Made by a program: the position numbers and the translations under genes. Below, one piece after another: positions 29,287-38,978 of a stretch of DNA of 64,000 nucleotides. The stretch's first letter is position 1. Each line of letters starts with the position of its first letter. Source of the stretch: Thermodesulfobacteriota bacterium (lineage in GTDB: Bacteria > Desulfobacterota_D > UBA1144 > Nemesobacterales > UBA2774); NCBI GenBank assembly GCA_041390285.1, contig JAWKQD010000002.1:131205-195204 (forward strand), read 5' to 3'. Below the pieces are notes generated by a model, which worked only from the letters and a program-made list of their open reading frames with translations, was not told the origin of the DNA and searched no databases.

Positions 29287-30671
29287 GCCCTCCCCTTTAT
29301 CCGTTCGAGTATGGTTTTCGCGCGGGCCGTTTTCTCCGGGAGAAAAAGTCGATTAGTGCATCCCTGTAAGCGCCGCTTTTTGCCTTCAGCGATCGCCTCG
29401 GGAAGGGCCTCGCGTAGCTTCGTGAACGCCCGGAGGTCCGGCCGCGAGATGTTTAGCCTGACGAACCTCTCGGCCCCAACGTCTCCGAGCCCGTCTCCCG
29501 GATAAACGGCTATACGCCGCTTGAAGAGTGATACCGTAAGCTCCTGCGCCGTGACGCACGTTCCCGAAACGTCTATCACCATCGAAAAGCCGTACCAGTG
29601 GCTGACGGGGATCGACACGCCGTCCGTTCCGGCGACTATTTCTTTTATTAGTGCGAAATTACGTCTGATTATCTCCTGCGACCTTTTGACGTACGAGCGG
29701 TCTTCGAGCGCCGCCAAAGCGCCGTACTGCGCGACGAGGTTCGTGTTGAGACGCGTGAGCGAGGTCTTGGTTATGAGGCAGGCCCTGACGAGTTCGGTGT
29801 TCCCGGCGAGGAAGCCTATCCTCACCCCCGCCATCCCGTAGCCGTGCGAAAGGCTGAACGTGCAGAGCACGTTGTCCGTATTCGTATCTTTATAAAGCGA
29901 CGTCATCGGGTAGTGCCTGGCCTCGGGGTCTATCCGCTGTGTGTCGTGCGTAATGTCGTTGATCACGATAATCCCGCGGCTCGCGGCGAGCTCCGTAAGG
30001 GCGATCAGCTCTTCCTTCGACTGCACCGTGCCGAACGGGTTCAGCGGGTCGCACACTATCAGCACCTTTGTCCGGGGAGTGATGCGGGATTCGACTTCCG
30101 AGGGATCGAGCCTGTACCCGTTCCCCCTTCCGAGCGGTATCCTCACGGGCCGCCCGCCGGCCATGAGTATCGACGATTCGAAGTGAAAGTAGCCCGGGTC
30201 GGTGATTATCACCTCGTCCCCGGGGTTGAGTACGGTCTGGAGAGCGTACGATATCGCAGCCTGGCTGCCCTCCGTGCCTATAACCTCGAACTCTGCGCCA
30301 CGCTCGCGCCCGAACTTCATCTCGGCGCAAGTGTTCCTGAGCGGCGTTATCAGGTCGGGCGAGTACGGGTTCACGTTCTCCGCCACCGTACGCTCGCGCA
30401 TGGCCTTCACAGCACTTTCCGGCGGCCCCGCGTAGCAGGTCATCCAGCCGAAATCGGCCCACTCCTCCTGGTCGAGGTCGATTCGCCCTTCCCTGTACAC
30501 CTCCACCGGGTCGAGCCCAAGTATGCCTATGGCGTCCCTGTAGGTCATGTAATTCCACATGCCGTGATGGCTGTCGATTACCGACCTCACCCTGTCCGAC
30601 AAAACCTTCCCCACGAGCGGCGACTCCTCCTCGCCTCCCGCCCATCCGAGCACAAACCTTTCCTTTTTCAT
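29283..30671 (-). CDS. Class I/II aminotransferase-fold protein lacking the canonical Schiff-base lysine (SLSH instead of SxSK)
   Basis: 462-aa intact ORF with fold-type I pattern (GTEGSQAAISYAL..PGDEVIITDPGY..LIVCDPLNPFG..VINDITHD..FSLSHGYGMAGVRIGF). His codon CAC at 29844-29846 occupies the position normally held by Lys. Confidence 0.7.
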   Translation of the reverse strand: MKKERFVLGWAGGEEESPLVGKVLSDRVRSVIDSHHGMWNYMTYRDAIGILGLDPVEVYREGRIDLDQEEWADFGWMTCYAGPPESAVKAMRERTVAENVNPYSPDLITPLRNTCAEMKFGRERGAEFEVIGTEGSQAAISYALQTVLNPGDEVIITDPGYFHFESSILMAGGRPVRIPLGRGNGYRLDPSEVESRITPRTKVLIVCDPLNPFGTVQSKEELIALTELAASRGIIVINDITHDTQRIDPEARHYPMTSLYKDTNTDNVLCTFSLSHGYGMAGVRIGFLAGNTELVRACLITKTSLTRLNTNLVAQYGALAALEDRSYVKRSQEIIRRNFALIKEIVAGTDGVSIPVSHWYGFSMVIDVSGTCVTAQELTVSLFKRRIAVYPGDGLGDVGAERFVRLNISRPDLRAFTKLREALPEAIAEGKKRRLQGCTNRLFLPEKTARAKTILERIKGRA

Positions 30672-30705
30672 GAATTCCTCTTTGTCGTCATCGTTATAAC
30701 CCTGG

Positions 30706-31554
30706 CTAATTCCTCATGAGGACCACGGCGTATATACCGTACGGGTCCATCCTTACGACAGGATCTCTGAACCCGGCCTCCTCGGCCCAGCCTATGACGA
30801 GGTCTTTGTCGCGAAGGTGCCACACGCACGGCCCCCCGTCCTGATTCACGAGCGTCCGCGCTATGAGCTCGATCTGCTCGTTATAGGTCTGCACGTTGAA
30901 GAGAAGCGCCTCGGGGGCGACTATCTCGCGAAGGTCGGCCAGGTGTTTCTTTACCAGATCGTCGTCATGTATGATGCCGTACAGCCCGGCCTCTATCGCG
31001 AGGTTCGGACGCGCGGGAATAGCGCGGAGGCTTTCGGTGTCGAGGGCGTCCCCGACTTCGAAGCTGACCCTGTCCCTGAGCCCGCTGGCGAGCGCCGTCT
31101 CCCGGCTCTCGGCGAGCGTTTTCTCGCTTATGTCCCTCAGGAGAACCTTCACATTCTCGCCCGCGTCCTTGAGCACCTCGTATATATAATCGGCCCTGCC
31201 GGACGCCAGATCGACAATGAGCGTTTCGTGCCCGGACCGCTCGTTTATGAACCCGGATATCGCGTCTATCTGTATCTGCTTTACGGCGCGGAAGGCCTTG
31301 CACGTGGTCTGATCGAGAAAGGCGGCGTCGAGCCATCTGCCGATAAAAGACTTTCCGTGCGGCACATTTTCATATATGTAATTCATTATCATTCCCGAAT
31401 CGAATCCGTACCGGAATCCGGTATCTATGCCGTCCGAGAGGCGTCCTACGGTCCTCAAAAAAAGCCCGGCGGCGAGATAAAAATATTTCTTCGGGTCGCT
31501 CCCGACGAGGGGCCGCTTAAGCTCCTCGAAGGTGGGTATGCTTTTACGAGACAT
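30706..31554 (-). CDS. Class I SAM-dependent methyltransferase
   Basis: 282-aa intact ORF. Motif I-like LIVDLASGRADY, acidic loop LLRDIS, then VGDALD. Start overlaps the end of the upstream gene. Confidence 0.65.
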   Translation of the reverse strand: MSRKSIPTFEELKRPLVGSDPKKYFYLAAGLFLRTVGRLSDGIDTGFRYGFDSGMIMNYIYENVPHGKSFIGRWLDAAFLDQTTCKAFRAVKQIQIDAISGFINERSGHETLIVDLASGRADYIYEVLKDAGENVKVLLRDISEKTLAESRETALASGLRDRVSFEVGDALDTESLRAIPARPNLAIEAGLYGIIHDDDLVKKHLADLREIVAPEALLFNVQTYNEQIELIARTLVNQDGGPCVWHLRDKDLVIGWAEEAGFRDPVVRMDPYGIYAVVLMRN

Positions 31555-32112
31555 ACCATTTGATCTCCTCGTCTTCCCTGTCGGCGTATATCTCGTCGGC
31601 CACCTTCTTCACATCCTCGGCACGCTTTTTGAGCTCCGGCGTTTTGGCGTTCTCGGCGAAATACTCTTCCAGGTACGCGAGATGCTCTCTCACATCCTTA
31701 TGCACCGCTTCAACTACTCTTCTTACTCTCCGGGTCGGCCGCGCTTTCGTACACATCAAGAAGCGCCGAGAAGTGAATCAGCGACCCCCATGCGTAAGCC
31801 ATGTCATCGAACGTGTCGTCGTAGGCTTCGAGTATGTCGTATATCTTCTGCCCTATGGCGGGAGGCTCATAGGTCTCCGGCGTCTCCCCCGAGCTCGCGT
31901 GCCCTGTCCGAAAAGAGCTTCGCGTGCCGTGCGTTGTCGGCGATTATCCTCGTGGCGACGAGCTTCGTATCGAGGTCTTTTATGGACTTCAACTTCCCTC
32001 CGAAAAGGTCCACCCACGACAGCATGCCGTACGTATGCCTGCTGAACGCGCGGGCTAGGCGCTTCGGATCGGAAAGGACTTCTTTTAACCTGTCGGGATT
32101 CCTTATGCTCAT
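31544..32112 (-). pseudogene. Helical, ferritin-like/four-helix-bundle-type hypothetical protein, 1-2 frame changes as sequenced
   Basis: ORF 31867-32112 (..TRIIADNARHAKLFSDRARELG..), a middle frame (ETYEPPAIGQKIYDILEAYDDTFDDMAYAWGSLIHFSALLDVYE) and ORF 31544-31759 (..VVEAVHKDVREHLAYLEEYF..). E/D-x2-H-type motifs suggest a metal site. The family assignment is tentative. Confidence 0.35.
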
Positions 32113-32131
32113 TCTTTATCCTTTTGCAGTT

Positions 32132-32581
32132 TCAGTACATTTTCTTGAGTATTTCGAGGACCTTTTCGTCGCCCTTCGCGGGGACTTCCCAATCGACCTG
32201 AATAGTCTTCACACCCTGCGCATCGAGGGCCTCCTTGAATATGTCGAGCCCTATGTTTATGACGCGCATCTCCTGCCCGAGGATATCGCTCCCCTTCCCT
32301 GCCTTAGAGGAAGATGCGGTAACCGCCGTTTCCATCTCCGAGAGTACAGAGGCCGCCGCGTCTTCCGAGTCGGCCTCGACGACCATCACGAGGTCGGACC
32401 CCGCCGCCGCATTTATATCGTCCGTCACGAGGCCAGCGTCCTTCAGCGCGAACTTGGCCTTGTCCGTGGCCATCACGGCGACCGCCTTTTTGACCCCTTC
32501 CTTTTCGGACATGCTCTTCGAGATCCGCATGAGCCTGAGGGCGTCCTGGAAGTAATTCTTTTTTATGATGAATTTCAGCAC
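32132..32581 (-). CDS. Stand-alone protein homologous to the FdrA N-terminal domain
   Basis: 149-aa intact ORF. MLKFIIKKNYFQDALRLMRISKSMSEKEGVKKAVAVMATDKAKFALKDAGL aligns with the N-terminus of the fdrA gene in this window (VVKKNHYRDSMKLMQISQKLSGAQGVKNAAAIMATEANLAMLKDAGL). Confidence 0.6.
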   Translation of the reverse strand: MLKFIIKKNYFQDALRLMRISKSMSEKEGVKKAVAVMATDKAKFALKDAGLVTDDINAAAGSDLVMVVEADSEDAAASVLSEMETAVTASSSKAGKGSDILGQEMRVINIGLDIFKEALDAQGVKTIQVDWEVPAKGDEKVLEILKKMY

Positions 32582-32618
32582 TAAATATCTCTCCCGTTTT
32601 CGTGTTTCTACTGCGCCC

Positions 32619-33020
32619 CTATTCGCCCGGCCGTGCGGTCTCGTAGTCCATCGGGCAGGACTGCGATACGGCGTTACTGACGAAGCAGTACCTTTTCGCT
32701 AGCGGCATTATGACTTCGAGGTCGGCTTCGGGAAGTGTGCTTATCACCCTCACGACTATCCTGCTGAACGTGAAATTTTTCGGATCCGTATCTCCGAAGG
32801 CCGTGACCTTCATGTCGCTGACGCTGACTTTCCTGTTCTTCGCTGCGTAAACGAGCGCCATGCAGAAGCACGACGCAATCGACGCTAGGAAGAGCTCGGT
32901 CGGCATCATGCCCGTGTCGTCGCCGCTGTACTGCGGCGGCTCGTCTACGGGGACTTCGAACTGCCGTGCCGTCACCTCCACCTGATACTTCGTCTTCCAG
33001 ACGGCATTTACCTCAAGCAT
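32619..33020 (-). CDS. OsmC/Ohr family protein
   Basis: MLEVNAVWKTKYQVEV...PTELFLASIASCFCMALVYAA...RYCFVSNAV. Start set at the internal ATG at 33020, which overlaps the end of the upstream GT by 8 nt. Confidence 0.75.
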   Translation of the reverse strand: MLEVNAVWKTKYQVEVTARQFEVPVDEPPQYSGDDTGMMPTELFLASIASCFCMALVYAAKNRKVSVSDMKVTAFGDTDPKNFTFSRIVVRVISTLPEADLEVIMPLAKRYCFVSNAVSQSCPMDYETARPGE

Positions 33021-34210
33021 GGCTTCCCGCCCTTTTGATCTTTCCTTCGCTCCTTTCCTCCAATATCGAGCCGTAAAGCTCCGCGTGCCTCTGCGCCGCG
33101 CTCTCCCAGCTATAGAACCTGGCAGTCTCGTCGCCGCTTGCAGCAAGACGCGCCGCCAGCTCCGGGTCCTCCACAACTTCGAGGATGCCGCGCGCGAGTC
33201 CCTTGTAGTCCGAGGGATCGACGAGCACTGCGTTCTCGCCGTTTCTGAGAAATTCCGTCATAGGCGGAATGTTCGACGACACGACCGGCACGCCCGCCGA
33301 CATTGCTTCAAGGAGTACTAGCCCCCAGCCCTCTTTCACGGACGGAAACGCGAACACGTCCGCCGAAGCGTAAAGGAGCGGCATCTTCCCGCCGGCACGT
33401 TCCCGAGCACGATCACGTCCGAATTCTCTTTTAGTCCGAGCCGGGCGAGCTCCGAGAAAAACTCGTGCCTGTATGCCCTGTAATCGAAGAGGGTCTCCCT
33501 CCCCGATGAGCCATACGAGCCTCTCGCCCTGTGCCGCGAGATAGGCCTTCGCGGCATTGTACGCACGAAGCGCGGTTATGGTGTTCTTCCGGGGCTCGAT
33601 GCCTCCGATGCTCAGCATCACCTTCGCCCCCTCGGCTCCGAACTCCTTCTTTGCGGATTCCTTATCCCCGCCCCGGACGGAGCTGTAAGTCCCGTAATCG
33701 ACGCCGTTGTTTATAACCTCGGACTCGAGTGAATATTTCGCTTCGAGCTCCTTTTTCCAGTGCTCGCTCACGGCGATCAGGTAATCAGGCTCCTCGCAGG
33801 CTCTTGTCCTGACATTCGATGAGACACGCCGACGTAAAATCGTCCACGTGGTGAACCGTCCTCACGTAACTGTCTATATGCCCCTTCTCGCGAAGATTAA
33901 GTAGCGCATTCGCCGATATGCAGTCCTCCGCATGGAGGATGTCGTAATCGAGACCCTCCGCCGCGAGGTACGAAGTATATGTATCTATGTAGTCCGTAAT
34001 CTTTTCGTCGATGCCCCAGTACTCTTTCACAGGGCACTGTATCAGCGTATGCGGCACCCCGACCTCCGACGGAAGCCCTTCCCCGTCGAAAGGGCGTAAA
34101 CGTGCACGTCGTGGCCGAGACGCGCAAGGCTCTCTGCCAGATTTATCGTGTGCGTAACGCCGCCCCTGGGCTTCGTCGAATACGTGAGCAGTGCAATCCT
34201 AAGCTGTTTC
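33013..34210 (-). pseudogene. GT4 glycosyltransferase (position reminiscent of the MSMEG_0565-type GT of Nit1C clusters), at least 4 frame changes as sequenced
   Basis: N-terminus MKQLRIALLTYSTKPRGGVTHTINLAESLARLGHDVHVYAL. ORF 33785-34057 (..VHHVDDF..). ORF 33013-33771 with FPSVKEGWGLVLLEAMSAGVPVV. An internal out-of-frame stretch is restored by ORF 33336-33566. Confidence 0.7.
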
Positions 34211-35188
34211 ATCGATCTCCTCTAGCTCTATGCGTGAAATCAAAAACCTCATGCCGTAATATATGCCGACCGCGGTGTCCGAGCCCGACGTCTCGCCCAT
34301 TTTCACGAGCGTCCGGGATGCGGCCGCTACCTCGTCCGGGTTCTTCGAAACGATCGCGTAAACGAGCTCCCGCCGGGGCCGGCGCTTCGCCGCGTGCGGC
34401 TTCGTCCAGGTAGCTCACGCTGTATATGGTGGTCTTGTCCTTCGCCCTTTTTATTATTTCTGTTGCAAATTTATCTATGAACCCGGGAAGCGTGCGGTCC
34501 CTCTCGCAGGAGAGGAGTCCTATACCCCTTTGAGTCCGAATACGAGCCCGGCGAGGAAATCGTCGCACGAGGGCGTAAGCCCCGGGCCCAGCCCGAGTAT
34601 CTGCCCCGCGTTTTCGGCCGCTCCGTTCAGGTCGCCCGAGAAAAGCGCCCACATGAGCCTTTCGATATAAGGCCGCGCCCTCTCCGCGACCGACGGCTTC
34701 TGCTCCTTTAGGAACACATCCATCGGGCCCCTGAGCTCGACGCTTTCGAGGAGTGATACAAGCCCCTCGCGAGAGGGATGCGTATATATCACGTCGCGGA
34801 GCACCCTCATGTTGAGGTTCATTTCCTCGAGCCCTAGCCGCTTTTCAGGGATCGGGCGGCGCGTTCCAGACATCAACTTCCGACAGGTCCACGGCGAAGC
34901 CGCCACGGGCGGCGCGAAGCGCCTCCGGAAGGCTGTTATCTCTTCCCCCTCTACCAGACCTGCCGATTTGAAATCGGTATGTGCGTCGCTGAAAACAGCT
35001 ATAGAGGCGGGGCCGATGTAATCCTTTTCGGTAATAATCTTCACGAGTGTATCTCCTGCGCCCTTCAAATAAACCGCGTGCTCGAAGACGCCCTCAACCA
35101 CCGCTCTTTCACCCTGTTTCAGTATTTCCCCTGCTCTGTATCCCGCCGCCTCGGCTTTAAAGTTAATTCGCTCTTTTGTCTCGCTCAT
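34197..35188 (-). pseudogene. ylbF: DUF2877 family protein (YlbF-like), about 2 frame changes as sequenced
   Basis: ORF 34520-35188 ends in the DUF2877 signature GLGPGLTPSCDDFLAGL. The C-terminal part (..ASRTLVKMGETSGSDTAVGIYYGMRFL..) is in other frames. Stop overlaps the GT start. Confidence 0.7.
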
Positions 35189-35266
35189 AGCTTCTGCGGA
35201 AGGGCTCCGTCAAGCGGCGCGCGCGAGTGTCCCCGCGGCCGAGCCGCTCCCGGCGCTCCCCGTAAT

Positions 35267-35511
35267 TCAATTATATTTCTTCCAGTGGGGCCGCTTTCCG
35301 GGATATGCGCTTAAGAGAATGATCTTCCTCCTGAGGCTCCACGGAACGGCAAGGTAGAGCGGGACGAAAATATTCCTCCAGAAAAGGGGACCGAGGCCCC
35401 TTCGCGGTAAGGTTTCGCGCACGATTCCGGGTACCGCGAAATCATCTGGTCGTCCGCGGCTTCCATAAGATATTTTTCAGCGTTCTCTCTCAGCCAGTGT
35501 CCGAATGCCAT
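35267..35511 (-). pseudogene. Small hypothetical protein, one frame change as sequenced
   Basis: MAFGHWLRENAEKYLMEAADDQMISRYPESCAKPYREGA.., then in another frame ..WRNIFVPLYLAVPWSLRRKIILLSAYPGKRPHWKKYN. No family recognised. Confidence 0.25.
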
Positions 35512-35546
35512 GACCTAACCTCCCGAAGCGTTTCTATGAAACCGCG

Positions 35547-36894
35547 TCAGCCATTCTGCTTAAGTTTCGCGAGACCGGCCTGCGCCGCGAGCGCTATAGG
35601 CTCCATAAGGGCCCCTATCGGCGGCGAGTACACGTTCTCCATCCACGCCAGCTCTTCGAGCTTCACCCCTCGCTTTATGACGAACGCGAGGAAGTCGGCT
35701 CGCTCCTTTATGCCCTCTCCGCCGGACATCTGCGCTCCGAGCACACGGTGCGTGGCCGGGTCGGCTATGAGCTTCACCCTAAGCCTGCTTACGCCGGGGT
35801 AATACCTCGCCCTCGAAATGCCCATCGCGAATGCTACGACGTGCGGTATGCCGAGCGCCTTGTGGAGCGTCTCGCCCATCGATACGCCGCCCACCTGCAC
35901 CTGTCCGCCGACCATGCCCCACGGTATGAAAACCGGGTCGTATGAGCGGTCTTCGCCAGCTGCATTAGCGGCGGCAATGCGGCCCTGCGAATACGCGTGG
36001 CTGCCCGAAAGTCCCTGTATCGGGATGTCGGTAACGCCGTGTACTACCTCGGCGCAGTCGCCGGCAGCGTACGTCCTTGGCGGATGTCCGCATGTGGTCG
36101 TCTACGAGTATTCCGCCCGTCGAGCCTATTTCGAGCCCGGCCGCGCGGGCGAGCCGGTTGTTCGGCTTCTTCGGGAAGGCCACGACGACCGAGTCGCACT
36201 CTATCTCGCCCGATGTCGTGACGACGGATTTAACTTTCCCTCCCTCGCCCTTGAACTCGAGCACCTTCGTCCCGAAATGAAGCTTCGCCCCCATCTCTTC
36301 GAGCGATTCCTTCACGGGCTCCATGATATCCGGGTCGGCGACCTCGGACATTATCCACGCCCCCTCTTCGACGAGGTGCGTTTCGAGCCCCCTGTGCGCG
36401 AGGTTCCCGGTCATCTCGATGCCGAGCGGCGTCGCGCATACGACGACCACCTTCTTTATGGTGTCGAGGAACTTGTCGTACTCCATCGCGCGCCGTATGT
36501 TCTTCACGTAATGAACGCCTTCGAGGTCGATTCCGGGAATCTCCTGTATGTCGTACTCGAAGCCGGTCGCGATTATGAGCCTGTCCCATCCGTAAGACTC
36601 CGTCCCCGCGCTTATCGTGCGGTTGGGAATATCTATGTTTGTAACAGTAGTCCTGAGCTTTAGGTCTATGCCTATCTTCGCGTAATGCTCGGACGTCTGG
36701 AGGAAGAGATTCTCGAAGCTCGGAATCTCCCGCCCATGAACGAACGGTATGCCGCACGGGCTGTATGCGACGTCCTCGAATTCGGAAAAGAGTGTCACGG
36801 AAGCGTCCGGGGCCAGGGATTTCGAAGTCGAAGCTGCCGAAATCCCGCCGGCGCCGCCGCCTATTATCACTATTCGCAGTTTATCTTGAGCCAT
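35547..36894 (-). pseudogene. FAD-dependent pyridine nucleotide-disulfide oxidoreductase (CoA-disulfide reductase / NADH oxidase type), two frame changes as sequenced
   Basis: LRIVIIGGGAGGISAAS (FAD GxGxxG), single redox Cys AYSPCGIPF, second Rossmann VVVVCATPLGIEMTG. ..DVYAAGDCAEV in an intermediate frame. Dimerisation domain in ORF 35547-35915. Confidence 0.8.
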
Positions 36895-36981
36895 ATATTC
36901 TACCTTTTAATTTTTTGTCAGCCCGGCGCGCCGCCCCGGCTCCCGCCGGCCCCCCTGATAGAGGAGCCGGCCGACTGGGGT

Positions 36982-38109
36982 TCAGCTAAGCCTGACTGGT
37001 TTTACGAATTTCTTGAACTTGACGTTCCGGGCAAGCGCCCTCTCAAAATCGGGCAGAACCGAACACTCGCCGCAGCTCACGCACCCCGCGATACTGCTCT
37101 TGGACGCGCTGCCGTACCTGGCGAGTATCTTCGCCGCCTCGGTGTAAACGTATGACATGATCTCCGGCTTCGGAGGCTTTATGTCCTCCATCGGCGTGCC
37201 CGCAACCGGCCTGAAAGGCACGATGAACGGATACACCCCGATCTCGGCGCATAGCTCCGTGCCGTCGAGTATCGTCTTTAGCCTCTCGCCGAGGCCGACG
37301 AGCACGTACGTGCTCACCTGCCACCTGCCGAATACCCGGACGCCTTCCTTCCACGTTTCTATATATTTATCGAGCCCTATCCTCGCCTTCCCCGGGGTCA
37401 CACTTTTGAAAACCTCGGGGTCGAAAGTCTCGATGTGAACGCCGAGAGAATCCACCCCGGCGTCCTTCAGACGGCCGAGCCACGTTAGATCCTCGGGCGG
37501 GATAATCTGAAGCTGTATCGGGACGCCCGTCTCCTTTTTCACCTCGGAGCAAATCTCCGCGTACTTCCGGAGCGCCTTCTCTTCGTCGGGCGCCACCCCG
37601 GAGGTGAAAACGACGTTCGTTATCCCGTCGAGCTCCTTCGCCAGCTTTATAGTCTCGACCAGGCTCTTCGCGTTCTTGAACCCGACCGTGCTCCTGTCTT
37701 TCAGTGTGAGCTCTATACCGCAGAACTGACACCTCCTGTCGTCGTTCCAGAAATCGCAGGTCTGGAGCAGGGTCGTCGCGAAAGTGGTCGGACAGTGAAG
37801 GAGCCCGATACGCTGCATCGGTATCCCCACCGACGTCTCGTGCCCGTGAAACTTCGCGCTGCCCATAAGCTCTACCTGGACGAGCGCGACGCCGTCCTTG
37901 AATATCCAGTACTCGTTGTTTATCTGATCGAGATGATAGGGGGACGATGCTACAAAGTCGCCTACGACGGGAACATTCGCTTCACCGTCGGGGAGTATCT
38001 TAAGGTGAATCCCTCCCGTCGGCCCGGCCCCGCCGCTCCTGACGTCCTTCGTGTCAGGAATCCTGAGACCTAAACTCTGCAGCTCTACTTTCAGGGTTGT
38101 TGAGTCCAT
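36982..38109 (-). CDS. Radical-SAM-like enzyme with non-canonical Cys motif (candidate MSMEG_0568-type)
   Basis: 375-aa intact ORF. About 100-aa N-terminal domain, then CDFWNDDRRCQFC (CX8CX2C rather than CX3CX2C), a TIM-barrel-like pattern (VVFTSGV, LGVHIETF), and C-terminal CVSCGEC. Confidence 0.6.
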   Translation of the reverse strand: MDSTTLKVELQSLGLRIPDTKDVRSGGAGPTGGIHLKILPDGEANVPVVGDFVASSPYHLDQINNEYWIFKDGVALVQVELMGSAKFHGHETSVGIPMQRIGLLHCPTTFATTLLQTCDFWNDDRRCQFCGIELTLKDRSTVGFKNAKSLVETIKLAKELDGITNVVFTSGVAPDEEKALRKYAEICSEVKKETGVPIQLQIIPPEDLTWLGRLKDAGVDSLGVHIETFDPEVFKSVTPGKARIGLDKYIETWKEGVRVFGRWQVSTYVLVGLGERLKTILDGTELCAEIGVYPFIVPFRPVAGTPMEDIKPPKPEIMSYVYTEAAKILARYGSASKSSIAGCVSCGECSVLPDFERALARNVKFKKFVKPVRLS

Positions 38110-38231
38110 TTCAGCCCCCTTGGCACTTGGTTTATACGACGATCCGCAGCTTATCCGCCAGATAAACTACGAAGCGAATCCCACTACCGACTGCCCCTCC
38201 GATACCCTTATAACTAAGGATACTAGGAGTA

Positions 38232-38723
38232 TTAGACAGTCCAAGTGTTAAAGATCATCGCTCCAGCTCTGTGGTGCTCGATCACGATATCGAGGATGTC
38301 GGTCGGATGAATCGGCACAACCCCTTCGAGGAAGCTCGATTCATTCTGTCCGAGAAGCGCTGCAGCCGAGAACCTGCATGCGAGCACTTTAATGCCCTCG
38401 CTCATCATCCTGTTCACGAGATTCGGGTAGAGCTGAATCCCTGCGCCGTAACCGTCGTCGCCCACGTTCGGCCATCCCCTGTATACGGGTATGCCGGAAG
38501 CAGGTCCGTAGAAAAGTACGGTCGTGTCGTAACCCTTCTTCTTGGTCCTGATCGCGGTCAGCATGTTGATGCCCGCGACGGAGCCTTCGTAGGGTACCGA
38601 GTGGATGAGGAAAAGGGCCTTTTCTCCCTCTCTGGCTTTATGGTCGGGATAAAGCTTCTCCTCGTAATTAACTAATGCTTTGCCCTTCTCGGGTCTATCC
38701 GCTTTAACTCTGTCTACAGCCAT
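38232..38723 (-). CDS. DsrE-like-fold hypothetical protein (candidate MSMEG_0572/Sll0783-type small protein)
   Basis: 163-aa intact ORF with a strong AGGAGG RBS. ALFLIHSVPYEG..TVLFYGPASG..KVLACRFSAAALLG resembles DsrE/DsrF-like proteins. The family call rests on neighbourhood context. Confidence 0.4.
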   Translation of the reverse strand: MAVDRVKADRPEKGKALVNYEEKLYPDHKAREGEKALFLIHSVPYEGSVAGINMLTAIRTKKKGYDTTVLFYGPASGIPVYRGWPNVGDDGYGAGIQLYPNLVNRMMSEGIKVLACRFSAAALLGQNESSFLEGVVPIHPTDILDIVIEHHRAGAMIFNTWTV

Positions 38724-38978
38724 GACGAATTACCTCCTGAAGTTTATTTGGTTTCCCATACCCGGCGGACTCGCCGGATACTCTTTATTTTCGACGGAAA
38801 CTAAAGCCAAATCCTCGTTTCGGTAAAGCTTCTTATGGTTGTTGCCGACAGCCGAAAGCCAGGCCCCGGACAGGTTAAAAAAGGCCCGATCCTGAAAACC
38901 CCTCACATTCCCCATGATATTACAATCGGCCTTTGAATTCAATGTAATAGGCTCCTGTCCATCTCGTTCATACGGGGC

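Noticed and set aside
29844-32584. Plus-strand ORFs 29844-30719, 30817-31563 and 31532-32584
   Set aside because: They are antisense to the aminotransferase-fold, methyltransferase, ferritin-like and FdrA-N-like genes. They have non-coding-like composition and no start context.
38724-38978. ORF 38730-38942 and a possible sigma-54 or internal promoter in the 255-bp gap between carbamate kinase and the DsrE-like gene
   Set aside because: The ORF has no RBS and odd composition. The TGGC-containing stretch does not have GG-N10-GC spacing. Only a short hairpin (CCGGCG-AGTC-CGCCGG) is present, which is insufficient to call a regulatory element.
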